This document shows, piece after piece, positions 1 to 15,000 of a stretch of 64,000 bases of DNA. The stretch is from NCBI GenBank assembly GCA_964016885.1, contig OZ024741.1, forward strand, positions 403,496,001 to 403,560,000, read 5' to 3'. A program made the position numbers and the translations under genes. The stretch comes from Eledone cirrhosa. Taxonomy: Eukaryota. The notes under the pieces were generated by a model, which saw only the letters and a program-made list of their open reading frames with translations, searched no databases and was not told where the DNA came from. Numbering within the stretch: the stretch's first letter is position 1; each line of letters starts with the position of its first letter.

Positions 1-3000
1 TATCTTTAACCCAGGTAGGGACTACTATCTTTAACCCAGGTAGTGACTTCTATCTTTAACCCAGGTAGGGACTACTATCTTTAACCCAGGTAGGGACTAC
101 TATCTTTAACCCAGGTAGGGACTATTATCTTTAACCCAGGTAGTGACTACTATCTTTAACCCAGGTAGTGACTACTATCTTTAACCCAGGTAGTGACTAC
201 TATCTTTAACCGAGGTAGGGACTACTATCTTTAACCCAGGTAGGGACTACTATCTTTAACCCAGGTATCGACTACTATCTTTAACCCAGGTAGGGACTAT
301 TATCTTTAACCCAGGTAGGGACTACTATCTTTAACCCAGGTAGGGACTACTATCTTTAACCCAGGTAGTGACTACTATCTTTAACCCAGGTAGGGACTAT
401 TATCTTTAACCCAGGTAGTGACTACTATCTTTAACCCAGGTAGTGACTACTATCTTTAACCCAGGTAGGGACTATTATCTTTAACCCAGGTAGTGACTAC
501 TATCTTTAACCCAGGTAGTGACTACTATCTTTAACCCAGGTATCGACTACTATCTTTAACCCAGGTAGGGACTACTATCTTTAACCCAGGTAGGGACTAC
601 TATCTTTAACCCAGGTAGGGACTACTATCTTTAACCCAGGTAGGGACTACTATCTTTAACCCAGGTATCGACTACTATCTTTAACCCAGGTAGTGACTAC
701 TATCTTTAACCCAGGTAGGGACTACTATCTTTAACCCAGGTAGGGACTACTATCTTTAACCCAGGTAGTGACTACTATCTTTAACCCAAGTAGGGACTAC
801 TATCTTTAACCCAGGTAGGGACTACTATCTTTAACCCAGGTAGGGACTACTATCTTTAACCCAGGTAGGGACTACTATCTTTAACCCAGGTAGGGACTAC
901 TATCTTTAACCCAGGTAGGGACTACTATCTTTAACCCAGGTAGTGACTACTATCTTTAACCCAGGTAGTGACTACTATCTTTAACCCAGGTAGTGACTTC
1001 TATCTTTAACCCAGGTAGGGACTACTATCTTTAACCCAGGTAGGGACTACTATCTTTAACCCAGGTAGGGACTACTATCTTTAACCCAGGTATCGACTAC
1101 TATCTTTAACCCAGGTAGGGACTACTATCTTTAACCCAGGTAGTGACTACTATCTTTAACCCAGGTAGGGACTACTATCTTTAACCCAGGTAGGGACTAC
1201 TATCTTTAACCCAGGTAGGGACTACTATCTTTAACCCAGGTAGGGACTACTATCTTTAACCCAGGTAGGGACTACTATCTTTAACCCAGGTAGGGACTAC
1301 TATCTTTAACCCAGGTAGGGACTACTATCTTTAACCCAGGTAGGGACTACTATCTTTAACCCAGGTAGGGACTACTATCTTTAACCCAGGTAGTGACTAC
1401 TATCTTTAACCCAGGTAGGGACTACTATCTTTAACCCAGGTAGGGACTACTATCTTTAACCCAGGTAGGGACTACTATCTTTAACCCAGGTAGGGACTAC
1501 TATCTTTAACCCAGGTAGGGACTACTATCTTTAACCCAGGTAGGGACTACTATCTTTAACCCAAGTAGTGACTACTATCTTTAACCCAGGTAGGGACTAC
1601 TATCTTTAACCCAGGTAGGACTACTATCTTTAACCCAGGTAGGGACTACTATCTTTAACCCAGGTAGGGACTACTATCTTTAACCCAGGTAGTGACTACT
1701 ATCTTTAACCCAGGTAGGGACTACTATCTTTAACCCAGGTAGGGACTACTATCTTTAACCCAGGTAGGGACTACTATCTTTAACCCAGGTAGGGACTACT
1801 ATCTTTAACCCAGGTAGGGACTACTATCTTTAACCCAGGTAGGGACTACTATCTTTAACCCAGGTAGGGACTACTATCTTAAACCCAGGTTGGGACTACT
1901 ATCTTTAACCCAGGTAGGGACTACTATCTTTAACCCAGGTAGTGACTACTACCTTTAACCCAGGTAGGGACTACTATCTTTAACCCAGGTAGGGACTACT
2001 ATCTTTAACCCAGGTATCGACTACTATCTTTAACCCAGGTAGTGACTACTATCTTTAACCCAAGTAGTGACTACTATCTTTAACCCAGGTAGTGACTACT
2101 ATCTTTAACCCTGGTAGTGACTACTATCTTTAACCCAAGTAGTGACTACTCTCTTTAACCCAGGTAGGGACTACTATCTTTAACCCAGGTAGGGACTACT
2201 ATCTTTAACCCAGGTAGGGACTACTATCTTTAACCCAGGTAGTGACTACTATCTTTAACCCAGGTAGGGACTACTATCTTTAACCCAGGTAGGGACTACT
2301 ATCTTTAACCCAGGTAGGGACTACTATCTTTAACCCTGGTAGTGACTACTATCTTTAACCCAGGTAGGGACTACTATCTTTAACCCAGGTAGGGACTACT
2401 ATCTTTAACCCAGGTAGGGACTACTATCTTTAACCCTGGTAGTGACTACTATCTTTAACCCAGGGTAGTGACTATCTTTAACCCAGGTAGTGACTATCTT
2501 TAATCCTGGTAGTGACTACTATCTTTAACCCAGGTAGGGACTACTATCTTTAACCCTGGTAGTGACTACTATCTTTAACCCTGGTAGTGACTTCTAACTT
2601 TAACCCAGGTAGGGACTACTATCTTTAACCCAGGTAGGGACTACTATCTTTAACCCAGGTAGGGACTACTATCTTTAACCCAAGTAGTGACTACTATCTT
2701 TAACCCAGGTAGGGACTACTATCTTTAACCCAGGAAGGGACTACTATCTTTAACCCAGGTAGTGACTACTATCTTTAACCCAAGTAGTGACTACTATCTT
2801 TAACCCAAGTAGTGACTACTATCTTTAACCCAGGTAGGGACTAATATCTTTAACCCAGGTAGTGACTACTATCTTTAACCCAAGTAGTGGCTACTACCTT
2901 TAACCCAGGTAGTGACTACTATCTTTAACCCAGGTAGTGACTACTATCTTTAACCCAAGTAGGGACTACTATCTTTAACCCAGGTAGGGACTACTACCTT

Positions 3001-6000
3001 TAACCCAGGTAGTGGCTACTATCTTTAACCCAGGTAGTGACTACTATCTTTAACCCAGGTAGTGACTACTATCTTTAACCCAGGTAGGGACTACTATCTT
3101 TAACCCAGGTAGGGACTACTATCTTTAACCCAGGTAGGGACTACTATCTTTAACCCAGGTAGTGGCTACTATCTTTAACCCAGATAGTGACTACTATCTT
3201 TAACCCAGGTAGTGACTACTATCTTTAACCCAGGTAGTGACTACTATCTTTAACCCAGGTAGTGACTACTATCTTTAACCCAGGTAGGGACTACTATCTT
3301 TAACCCAGGTAGGGACTACTATCTTTAACCCAGGTAGTGACTACTATCTTTAACCCAAGTAGGGACTACTATCTTTAACCCAGGTAGGGACTACTATCTT
3401 TAACCCAGGTAGGGACAACTATCTTTAACCCAAGTAGGGACTACTATCTTTAACCCAGGTAGTGACTACTATCTTTAACCCTGGTAGGGACTACTATCTT
3501 TAACCCAGGTAGGGACTACTATCTTTAACCCAGGTAGTGACTACTATCTTTAACCCAGGTAGGGACTACTACCTTTAACCCAGGTAGGGACTACTATCTT
3601 TAACCCAGGTAGGGACTACTATCTTTAACCCAGGTAGTGACTACTATCTTTAACCCAGGTAGGGACTACTATCTTTAACCCAGGTAGGGACTACTATCTT
3701 TAACCCAGGTAGGGACTACTATCTTTAACCCAGGTAGTGACTACTATCTTTAACCCAGGTAGTGACTACTATCTTTAACCCAGGTAGGGACTACTAACTT
3801 TAACCCAGATAGGGACTACTATCTTTAACCCAGGTAGTGACTACTATCTTTAACCCAGGTAGTGACTACTACCTTTAACCCAGGTAGGGACTACTATCTT
3901 TAACCCAAGTAGGGACTACTATTTTTAACCCAGGTAGGGACTACTATCTTTAACCCAGGTAGTGGCTACTATCTTTAACCCAGGTAGTGACTACTATCTT
4001 TAACCCAGGTAGGGACTACTATCTTTAACCCAGGTAGTGACTACTATCTTTAACCCAGGTAGTGACTACTATCTTTAACCCAGGTAGTGACTACTATCTT
4101 TAACCCAGGGTAGTGACTACTATCTTTAACCCAGGTAGTGACTACTATCTTTAACCCAGGTAGGGACTATCTTTAACCCAGGTAGGGACTACTATCTTTA
4201 ACCCAGGTATCGACTACTATCTTTAACCCAGGTAGTGACTACTATCTTTAACCCAGGTAGTGACTACTATCTTTAACCCAGGTAGGGACTATCTTTAACC
4301 CAGGTAGGGACTACTATCTTTAACCCAGGTAGTGACTTCTATCTTTAACCCAGGTAGTGACTATCTTTACCCCAGGTAGGGACTACTATCTTTAACCCAG
4401 GTAGTGACTACTACCTTTAACCCAGGTAGTGACTACTATCTTTAACCCAGGTAGGGACTACTATCTTTAACCCAGGTAGGGACTACTATCTTTAACCCAG
4501 GTAGGGACTACTATCTTTAACCCAGGTAGTGACTACTATCTTTAACCCAGGTAGTGACTACTATCTTTAACCCAGGTAGGGACTACTATCTTTAACCCAG
4601 GTAGTGACTACTATCTTTAACCCTGGTAGTGACTACTACCTTTAACCCAGGTAGGGACTTCTATCTTTAACCCAGGTAGGGACTTCTATCTTTAACCCAG
4701 GTAGGGACTACTATCTTTAACCCAGGTAGTGGCTACTATCTTTAACCCAGGTAGGGACTTCTATCTTTAACCCAGGTAGTGACTACTATCTTTAACCCAG
4801 GTAGGGACTACTATCTTCAACCCAGGTAGTGACTACTACCTTTAACCCAGGTAGTGACTACTATCTTTAACCCAGGTAGTGACTATCTTTCACCCAGGTA
4901 GGGACTACTATCTTTAACCCAGGTAGGGACTACTATCTTTAACCCAGGTAGTGACTACTATCTTTAACCCAGGTAGGGACTACTATCTTTAACCCAGGTA
5001 GGGACTACTATCTTTAACCCAGGTAGGGACTACTATCTTTAACCCTGGTAGTGACTACTATCTTTAACCCAGGTAGGGACTACTATCTTTAACCCAGGTA
5101 GGGACTACTATCTTTAACCCAGGTAGGGACTACTATCTTTAACCCTGGTAGTGACTACTATCTTTAACCCAGGGTAGTGACTATCTTTAACCCAGGTAGT
5201 GACTATCTTTAATCCTGGTAGTGACTACTATCTTTAACCCAGGTAGGGACTACTATCTTTAACCCAGGTAGTGACTACTATCTTTAACCCAGGTAGGGAC
5301 TACTATCTTTAACCCAGGTAGGGACTACTATCTTTAACCCAGGTAGGGACTACTATCTTTAACCCAGGTAGGGACTACTATCTTTAACCCTGGTAGTGAC
5401 TACTATCTTTAACCCAGGGTAGTGACTATCTTTAACCCAGGTAGTGACTATCTTTAATCCTGGTAGTGACTACTATCTTTAACCCAGGTAGGGACTACTA
5501 TCTTTAACCCTGGTAGTGACTACTATCTTTAACCCTGGTAGTGACTTCTAACTTTAACCCAGGTAGGGACTACTATCTTTAACCCAGGTAGGGACTACTA
5601 TCTTTAACCCAGGTAGGGACTACTATCTTTAACCCAAGTAGTGACTACTATCTTTAACCCAGGTAGGGACTACTATCTTTAACCCAGGAAGGGACTACTA
5701 TCTTTAACCCAGGTAGTGACTACTATCTTTAACCCAAGTAGTGACTACTATCTTTAACCCAAGTAGTGACTACTATCTTTAACCCAGGTAGGGACTAATA
5801 TCTTTAACCCAGGTAGTGACTACTATCTTTAACCCAAGTAGTGGCTACTACCTTTAACCCAGGTAGTGGCTACTATCTTTAACCCAAGTAGTGACTACTA
5901 TCTTTAACCCAGGTAGGGACTACTATCTTTAACCTAGGTAGTGACTACTATCTTTAACCCAAGTAGGGACTACTATCTTTAACCCAGGTAGGGACTACTA

Positions 6001-9000
6001 TCTTTAACCCAGGTAGTGGCTACTATCTTTAACCCAGGTAGTGACTACTATCTTTAACCCAGGTAGGGACTACTATCTTTAACCCAGGTAGGGACTACTA
6101 CCTTTAACCCAGGTAGGGACTACTACCTTTAACCCAGGTAGTGGCTACTATCTTTAACCCAGGTAGTGACTACTATCTTTAACCCAAGTAGGGACTACTA
6201 TCTTTAACCCAGGTAGGGACTACTATCTTTAACCCAGGTAGGGACAACTATCTTTAACCCAAGTAGGGACTACTATCTTTAACCCAGGTAGTGACTACTA
6301 TCTTTAACCCAGGTAGGGACTACTATCTTTAACCCAGGTAGTGACTACTATCTTTAACCCAAGTAGGGACTACTATCTTTAACCCAGGTAGGGACTACTA
6401 TCTTTAACCCAGGTAGTGGCTACTATCTTTAACCCAGGTAGTGACTACTATCTTTAACCCAGGTAGGGACTACTATCTTTAACCCAGGTAGGGACTACTA
6501 CCTTTAACCCAGGTAGGGACTACTACCTTTAACCCAGGTAGTGGCTACTATCTTTAACCCAGGTAGTGACTACTATCTTTAACCCAAGTAGGGACTACTA
6601 TCTTTAACCCAGGTAGGGACTACTATCTTTAACCCAGGTAGGGACTACTATCTTTAACCCAGGTAGTGACTACTATCTTTAACCCAAGTAGGGACTACTA
6701 TCTTTAACCCAGGTAGGGACTACTATATTTAACCCAGGTAGTGGCTACTATCTTTAACCCAGGTAGTGACTACTATCTTTAACCCAGGTAGGGACTACTA
6801 TCTTTAACCCAGGTAGGGACTACTACCTTTAACCCAGGTAGGGACTACTACCTTTAACCCAGGTAGTGGCTACTATCTTTAACCCAGGTAGTGACTACTA
6901 TCTTTAACCCAAGTAGGGACTACTATCTTTAACCCAGGTAGGGACTACTATCTTTAACCCAGGTAGGGACTACTATCTTTAACCCAGGTAGTGACTACTA
7001 TCTTTAACCCAGGTAGTGACTACTATCTTTAACCCAGGTAGGGACTACTATCTTTAACCCAGGTAGTGACTACTATCTTTAACCCTGGTAGTGACTACTA
7101 CCTTTAACCCAGGTAGGGACTTCTATCTTTAACCCAGGTAGGGACTTCTATCTTTAACCCAGGTAGGGACTACTATCTTTAACCCAGGTAGTGGCTACTA
7201 TCTTTAACCCAGGTAGGGACTTCTATCTTTAACCCAGGTAGTGACTACTATCTTTAACCCAGGTAGGGACTACTATCTTCAACCCAGGTAGTGACTACTA
7301 CCTTTAACCCAGGTAGTGACTACTATCTTTAACCCAGGTAGTGACTATCTTTCACCCAGGTAGGGACTACTATCTTTAACCCAGGTAGTGACTACTATCT
7401 TTAACCCTGGTAGTGACTACTACCTTTAACCCAGGTAGGGACTTCTATCTTTAACCCAGGTAGGGACTTCTATCTTTAACCCAGGTAGGGACTACTACCT
7501 TTAACCCAGGTAGTGACTACTATCTTCAACCCAGGTAGTGACTACTACCTTTAACCCAGGTAGGGACTTCTATCTTTAACCCAGGTAGGGACTTCTATCT
7601 TTAACCCAGGTAGTGACTACTACCTTTAACCCAGGTAGTGACTACTATCTTTAACCCAGGTAGTGACTACTATCTTTAACCCAGGTAGTGACTATCTTTC
7701 ACCCAGGTAGTGACTACTATCTTTAACCCAGGTAGTGACTACTATCTTTAACCCAGGTAGTGACTACTATCTTTAACCCAGGTAGTGACTACTATCTTTA
7801 ACCAAGGTAGGGACTTCTATCTTTAACCCAGGTAGTGACTACTATCTTTAACCCAGGTAGTGACTACTATCTTTAACCCAAGTAGGGACTACTATCTTTA
7901 ACCCAGGTAGGGACTATCTTTAACCCAGGTAGGGACTACTATCTTTAACCCAGGTAGTGACTACTATCTTTAACCCAGGTAGTGACTACTATCTTTAACC
8001 CAGGTAGGGACTACTATCTTTAACCCAGGTAGTGACTACTATCTTTAACCCAGGTAGGGACTACTATCTTTAACCAAGGTAGGGACTTCTATCTTTAACC
8101 CAGGTAGTGACTACTATCTTTAACCCAGGTAGGGACTACTATCTTTAACCCAGGTAGGGACTTCTATCTTTAACCCAGGTAGTGACTACTATCCTTAACC
8201 CAAGTAGGGACTACTATCTTTAACCCAGGTAGGGACTACTATCTTTAACCCAGGTAATGACTATCTTTAACCCAGGTAGGGACTACTATCTTTAACCCAG
8301 GTAGGGACTACTATCTTTAACCAAGGTAGGGACTACTATCTTTAACCCAGGTAGGGACTACTACCTTTAACCCAGGTAGTGACTACTATCTTTAACCCAA
8401 GTAGTGACTACTATCTTTAACCCAAGTAGGGACTACTATCTTTAACCCTGGTAGTGACTACTATCTTTAACCCAGGTAGTGACTACTATCTTTAACCCAG
8501 GTAGTGACTACTATCTTTAACCCAGGTAGGGACTACTATCTTTAACCCAGGTAGGGACTACTATCTTTAACCCAGGTATCGACTACTATCTTTAACCCAG
8601 GTAGTGACTACTATCTTTAACCCAGGTAGGGACTACTATCTTTAACCCAGGTAGGGACTACTATCTTTAACCCAGGTAGGGACTACTATCTTTAACCCAG
8701 GTAATGACTATCTTTAACCCAGGTAGGGACTACTATCTTTAACCCAGGTAGGGACTACTATCTTTAACCCAGGTAGGGACTACTATCTTTAACCCAGGTA
8801 GGGACTACTATCTTTAACCCAGGTAGTGACTACTATCTTTAACCCAGGTAGGGACTACTATCTTTAACCCAGGTAGGGACTACTATCTTTAACCCAGGTA
8901 GGGACTACTATCTTTAACCCAGGTAGGGACTACTATCTTTAACCCAGGTAGGGACTACTATCTTTAACCCAGGTAGGGACTACTATCTTTAACCCAGGTA

Positions 9001-12000
9001 GGGACTACTATCTTTAACCCAGGTAGTGACTACTATCTTTAACCCAGGTAGGGACTACTATCTTTAACCCAGGTAGGGACTACTATCTTTAACCCAGGTA
9101 GGGACTACTATCTTTAACCCAGGTAGTGACTACTATCTTTAACCCAGGTAGGGACTACTATCTTTAACCCAGGTAGGGACTACTATCTTTAACCCAGGTA
9201 GGGACTACTATTTTTAACCCAGGTAGGGACTACTATCTTTAACCCAGGTAGGGACTACTATCTTTAACCCAGGTAGGGACTACTATCTTTAACCCAGGTA
9301 GGGACTACTATCTTTAACCCAGGTAGGGACTACTATCTTTAACCCAGGTAGTGACTACTACCTTTAACCCAGGTAGGGACTACTATCTTTAACCCAGGTA
9401 GGGACTACTATCTTTAACCCAGGTATCGACTACTATCTTTAACCCAGGTAGTGACTACTATCTTTAACCCAAGTAGTGACTACTATCTTTAACCCAGGTA
9501 GGGACTACTATCTTTAACCCTGGTAGTGACTACTATCTTTAACCCAAGTAGTGACTACTATCTTTAACCCAGGTAGGGACTACTATCTTTAACCCAGGTA
9601 GGGACCACTATCTTTAACCCAGGTAGGGACTACTATCTTTAACCCAGGTAGTGACTACTATCTTTAACCCAGGTAGGGACTACTATCTTTAACCCAGGTA
9701 GGGACTACTATCTTTAACCCAGGTAGGGACTACTATCTTTAACCCTGGTAGTGACTACTATCTTTAACCCAGGTAGGGACTACTATCTTTAACCCAGGTA
9801 GGGACTACTATCTTTAACCCAGGTAGGGACTACTATCTTTAACCCTGGTAGTGACTACTATCTTTAACCCAGGGTAGTGACTATCTTTAACCCAGGTAGT
9901 GACTATCTTTAATCCTGGTAGTGACTACTATCTTTAACCCAGGTAGGGACTACTATCTTTAACCCAGGTAGTGACTTCTATCTTTAACCCAGGTAGTGAC
10001 TATCTTTAACCCAGGTAGTGACTTCTATCTTTAACCCAGGTAGGGACTACTATCTTTAACCCAGGTAGTGACTTCTATCTTTAACCCAGGTAGTGACTAC
10101 TATCTTTAACCCTGGTAGTGACTACTATCTTTAACCCAGGTAGGGACTACTATCTTTAACCCAGGTAGGGACTACTATCTTTAACCCAGGTAGGGACTAC
10201 TATCTTTAACCCAGGTAGGGACTACTATCTTTAACCCTGGTAGTGACTACTATCTTTAACCCAGGGTAGTGACTATCTTTAACCCAGGTAGTGACTATCT
10301 TTAATCCTGGTAGTGACTACTATCTTTAACCCAGGTAGTGACTACTATCTTTAACCCTGGTAGTGACTACTATCTTTAACCCTGGTAGTGACTTCTAACT
10401 TTAACCCAGGTAGGGACTACTATCTTTAACCCAGGTAGGGACTACTATCTTTAACCCAGGTAGGGACTACTATCTTTAACCCAAGTAGTGACTACTATCT
10501 TTAACCCAGGTAGGGACTACTATCTTTAACCCAGGAAGGGACTACTATCTTTAACCCAGGTAGTGACTACTATCTTTAACCCAGGTAGGGACTACTATCT
10601 TTAACCCAAGTAGTGACTACTATCTTTAACCCAGGTAGGGACTACTACCTTTAACCCAAGTAGTGACTACTATCTTTAACCCAGGTAGGGACTACTATCT
10701 TTAACCCAGGTAGTGACTACTATCTTTAACCCAGGTAGGGACTACTATCTTTAACCCAGGTAGGGACTACTATATTTAACCCAGGTAGGGACTACTATCT
10801 TTAACCCTGGTAGTGACTACTATCTTTAACCCAGGTAGGGACTACTATCTTTAACCCAGGTAGGGACTACTATCTTTAACCCAGGTAGGGACTACTATCT
10901 TTAACCCTGGTAGTGACTACTATCTTTAACCCAGGGTAGTGACTATCTTTAACCCAGGTAGTGACTATCTTTAATCCTGGTAGTGACTACTATCTTTAAC
11001 CCAGGTAGGGACTACTATCTTTAACCCTGGTAGTGACTACTATCTTTAACCCAGGTAGGGACTACTATCTTTAACCCAGGTAGGGACTACTATCTTTAAC
11101 CCTGGTAGGGACTACTATCTTTAACCCAGGTAGGGACTACTATCTTTAACCCTGGTAGTGACTACTATCTTTAACCCAGGGTAGTGACTATCTTTAACCC
11201 AGGTAGTGACTATCTTTAATCCTGGTAGTGACTACTATCTTTAACCCAGGTAGGGACTACTATCTTTAACCCTGGTAGTGACTACTATCTTTAACCCTGG
11301 TAGTGACTTCTAACTTTAACCCAGGTAGGGACTACTATCTTTAACCCAGGTAGGGACTACTATCTTTAACCCAGGTAGGGACTACTATCTTTAACCCAAG
11401 TAGTGACTACTATCTTTAACCCAGGTAGGGACTACTATCTTTAACCCAGGAAGGGACTACTATCTTTAACCCAGGTAGTGACTACTATCTTTAACCCAGG
11501 TAGGGACTACTATCTTTAACCCAAGTAGTGACTACTATCTTTAACCCAGGTAGGGACTACTACCTTTAACCCAAGTAGTGACTACTATCTTTAACCCAGG
11601 TAGGGACTACTATCTTTAACCCAGGTAGGGACTACTATCTTTAACCCAAGTAGGGACTACTATCTTTAACCCAAGTAGGGACTACTATCTTTAACCCAGG
11701 TAGGGACTACTATCTTTAACCCAGGTAGTGACTACTATCTTTAACCCAAGTAGTGACTACTACCTTTAACCCAGGTAGTGGCTACTATCTTTAACCCAGG
11801 TAGTGACTACTATCTTTAACCCAAGTAGTGACTACTACCTTTAACCCAGGTAGTGGCTACTATCTTTAACCCAAGTAGTGACTACTATCTTTAACCCAGG
11901 TAGGGACTAATATCTTTAACCCAGGTAGTGACTACTATCTTTAACCCAAGTAGTGGCTACTACCTTTAACCCAGGTAGGGACTACTATCTTTAACCCAGG

Positions 12001-15000
12001 TAGTGGCTACTATCTTTAACCCAAGTAGTGACTACTATCTTTAACCCAGGTAGGGACTACTATCTTTAACCCAGGTAGTGGCTACTATCTTTAACCCAGG
12101 TAGGGACTACTATCTTTAACCCAGGTAGGGACTACTATCTTTAACCCAGGTAGTGACTACTACCTTTAACCCAGGTAGGGACTACTATCTTTAACCCAGG
12201 TAGGGACTACTATCTTTAACCCAAGTAGTGACTACTATCTTTAACCCAGGTAGTGACTACTATCTTTAACCCAGGTAGTGGCTACTATCTTTAACCCAAG
12301 TAGTGACTACTATCTTTAACCCAGGTAGTGACTACTACCTTTAACCCAGGTAGGGACTACTATCTTTAACCCAGGTAGTGACTACTATCTTTAACCCAGG
12401 TAGGGACTACTATCTTTAACCCAGGTAGTGACTACTATCTTTAACCCAAGTAGTGACTACTACCTTTAACCCAGGTAGTGACTACTATCTTTAACCCAAG
12501 TAGTGACTACTACCTTTAACCCAGGTAGTGACTACTATCTTTAACCCAAGTAGTGACTACTATCTTTAACCCAGGTAGGGACTACTACCTTTAACCCAGG
12601 TAGTGACTACTATCTTTAACCCAGGTAGGGACTACTATCTTTAACCCAGGTAGTGACTACTATCTTTAACCCAGGTACTGGCTACTATCTTTAACCCAGG
12701 TAGGGACTACTATCTTTAACCCAGGTAGTGACTACTATCTTTAACCCAAGTAGTGACTACTACCTTTAACCCAGGTAGGGACTACTATCTTTAACCCAGG
12801 TAGTGACTACTATCTTTAACCCAGGTAGTGGCTACTATCTTTAACCCAGGTAGGGACTACTATCTTTAACCCAGGTAGTGACTACTACCTTTAACCCAGG
12901 TAGTGACTACTATCTTTAACCCAGGTAGGGACTACTACCTTTAACCCAGGTAGGGACTACTATCTTTAACCCAAGTAGGGACTACTATCTTTAACCCAGG
13001 TAGTGACTACTATCTTTAACCCTGGTAGGGACTACTATCTTTAACCCAGGTAGTGACTACTATCTTTAACCCAGGTAGTGACTACTATCTTTAACCCAGG
13101 TAGGGACTACTATCTTTAACCCAAGTAGGGACTACTATCTTTAACCCAGGTAGTGACTACTATCTTTAACCCTGGTAGGGACTACTATCTTTAACCCAGG
13201 TAGTGACTACTATCTTTAACCCTGGTAGGGACTACTATCTTTAACCCAGGTAGGGACTACTATCTTTAACCCTGGTAGGGACTACTATCTTTAACCCAGG
13301 TAGGGACTACTATCTTTAACCCAGGTAGTGACTACTATCTTTAACCCAAGTAGTGACTACTACCTTTAACCCAGGTAGGGACTACTATCTTTAACCCAAG
13401 TAGGGACTACTATCTTTAACCCAAGTAGGGACTACTATCTTTAACCCAAGTAGGGACTACTATCTTTAACCCAGGTAGGGACTACTATCTTTAACCCAAG
13501 TAGGGACTACTATCTTTAACCCAGGTAGGGACAACTATCTTTAACCCAGGTAGGGACTACTATCTTTAACCCAAGTAGGGACTACTCTCTTTAACCCAAG
13601 TAGGGACTACTATCTTTAACCCAGGTAGGGACTACTATCTTTAACCCAGGTAGTGACTACTATCTTTAACCCAAGTAGTGACTACTACCTTTAACCCAGG
13701 TAGTGGCTACTATCTTTAACCCAGGTAGTGACTACTATCTTTAACCCTGGTAGTGACTACTACCTTTAACCCAGGTAGGGACTACTATCTTTAACCCAGG
13801 TAGGGACTACTACCTTTAACCCAGGTAGTGACTACTATCTTTAACCAAGGTAGTGGCTACTATCTTTAACCCAGGTAGGGACTACTATCTTTAACCCAAG
13901 TAGTGACTACTACCTTTAACCCAGGTAGGGACTACTATCTTTAACCCAAGTAGGGACTACTATCTTTAACCCAAGTAGGGACTACTATCTTTAACCCAGG
14001 TAGGGACTACTATCTTTAACCCAGGTAGTGGCTACTATCTTTAACCCAGGTAGTGACTACTATCTTTAACCCAGGTAGTGACTACTATCTTTAACCCAGG
14101 TAGGGACTACTATCGTTAACCCAAGTAGGGACTACTATTTTTAACCCAGGTAGGGACTACTATCTTTAACCCAGGTAGTGGCTACTATCTTTAACCCAGG
14201 TAGTGACTACTATCTTTAACCCAGGTAGGGACTACTATCTTTAACCCAGGTAGTGACTACTATCTTTAACCCAGGTAGTGACTACTATCTTTAACCCAGG
14301 TAGTGACTACTATCTTTAACCCAGGGTAGTGACTACTATCTTTAACCCAGGTAGTGACTACTATCTTTAACCCAGGTAGGGACTATCTTTAACCCAGGTA
14401 GGGACTACTATCTTTAACCCAGGTATCGACTACTATCTTTAACCCAGGTAGTGACTACTATCTTTAACCCAGGTAGTGACTACTATCTTTAACCCAGGTA
14501 GGGACTATCTTTAACCCAGGTAGGGACTACTATCTTTAACCCAGGTAGTGACTTCTATCTTTAACCCAGGTAGTGACTATCTTTACCCCAGGTAGGGACT
14601 ACTATCTTTAACCCAGGTAGTGACTACTACCTTTAACCCAGGTAGTGACTACTATCTTTAACCCAGGTAGGGACTACTATCTTTAACCCAGGTAGGGACT
14701 ACTATCTTTAACCCAGGTAGGGACTACTATCTTTAACCCAGGTAGTGACTACTATCTTTAACCCAGGTAGTGACTACTATCTTTAACCCAGGTAGGGACT
14801 ACTATCTTTAACCCAGGTAGTGACTACTATCTTTAACCCTGGTAGTGACTACTACCTTTAACCCAGGTAGGGACTTCTATCTTTAACCCAGGTAGGGACT
14901 TCTATCTTTAACCCAGGTAGGGACTACTATCTTTAACCCAGGTAGTGGCTACTATCTTTAACCCAGGTAGGGACTTCTATCTTTAACCCAGGTAGTGACT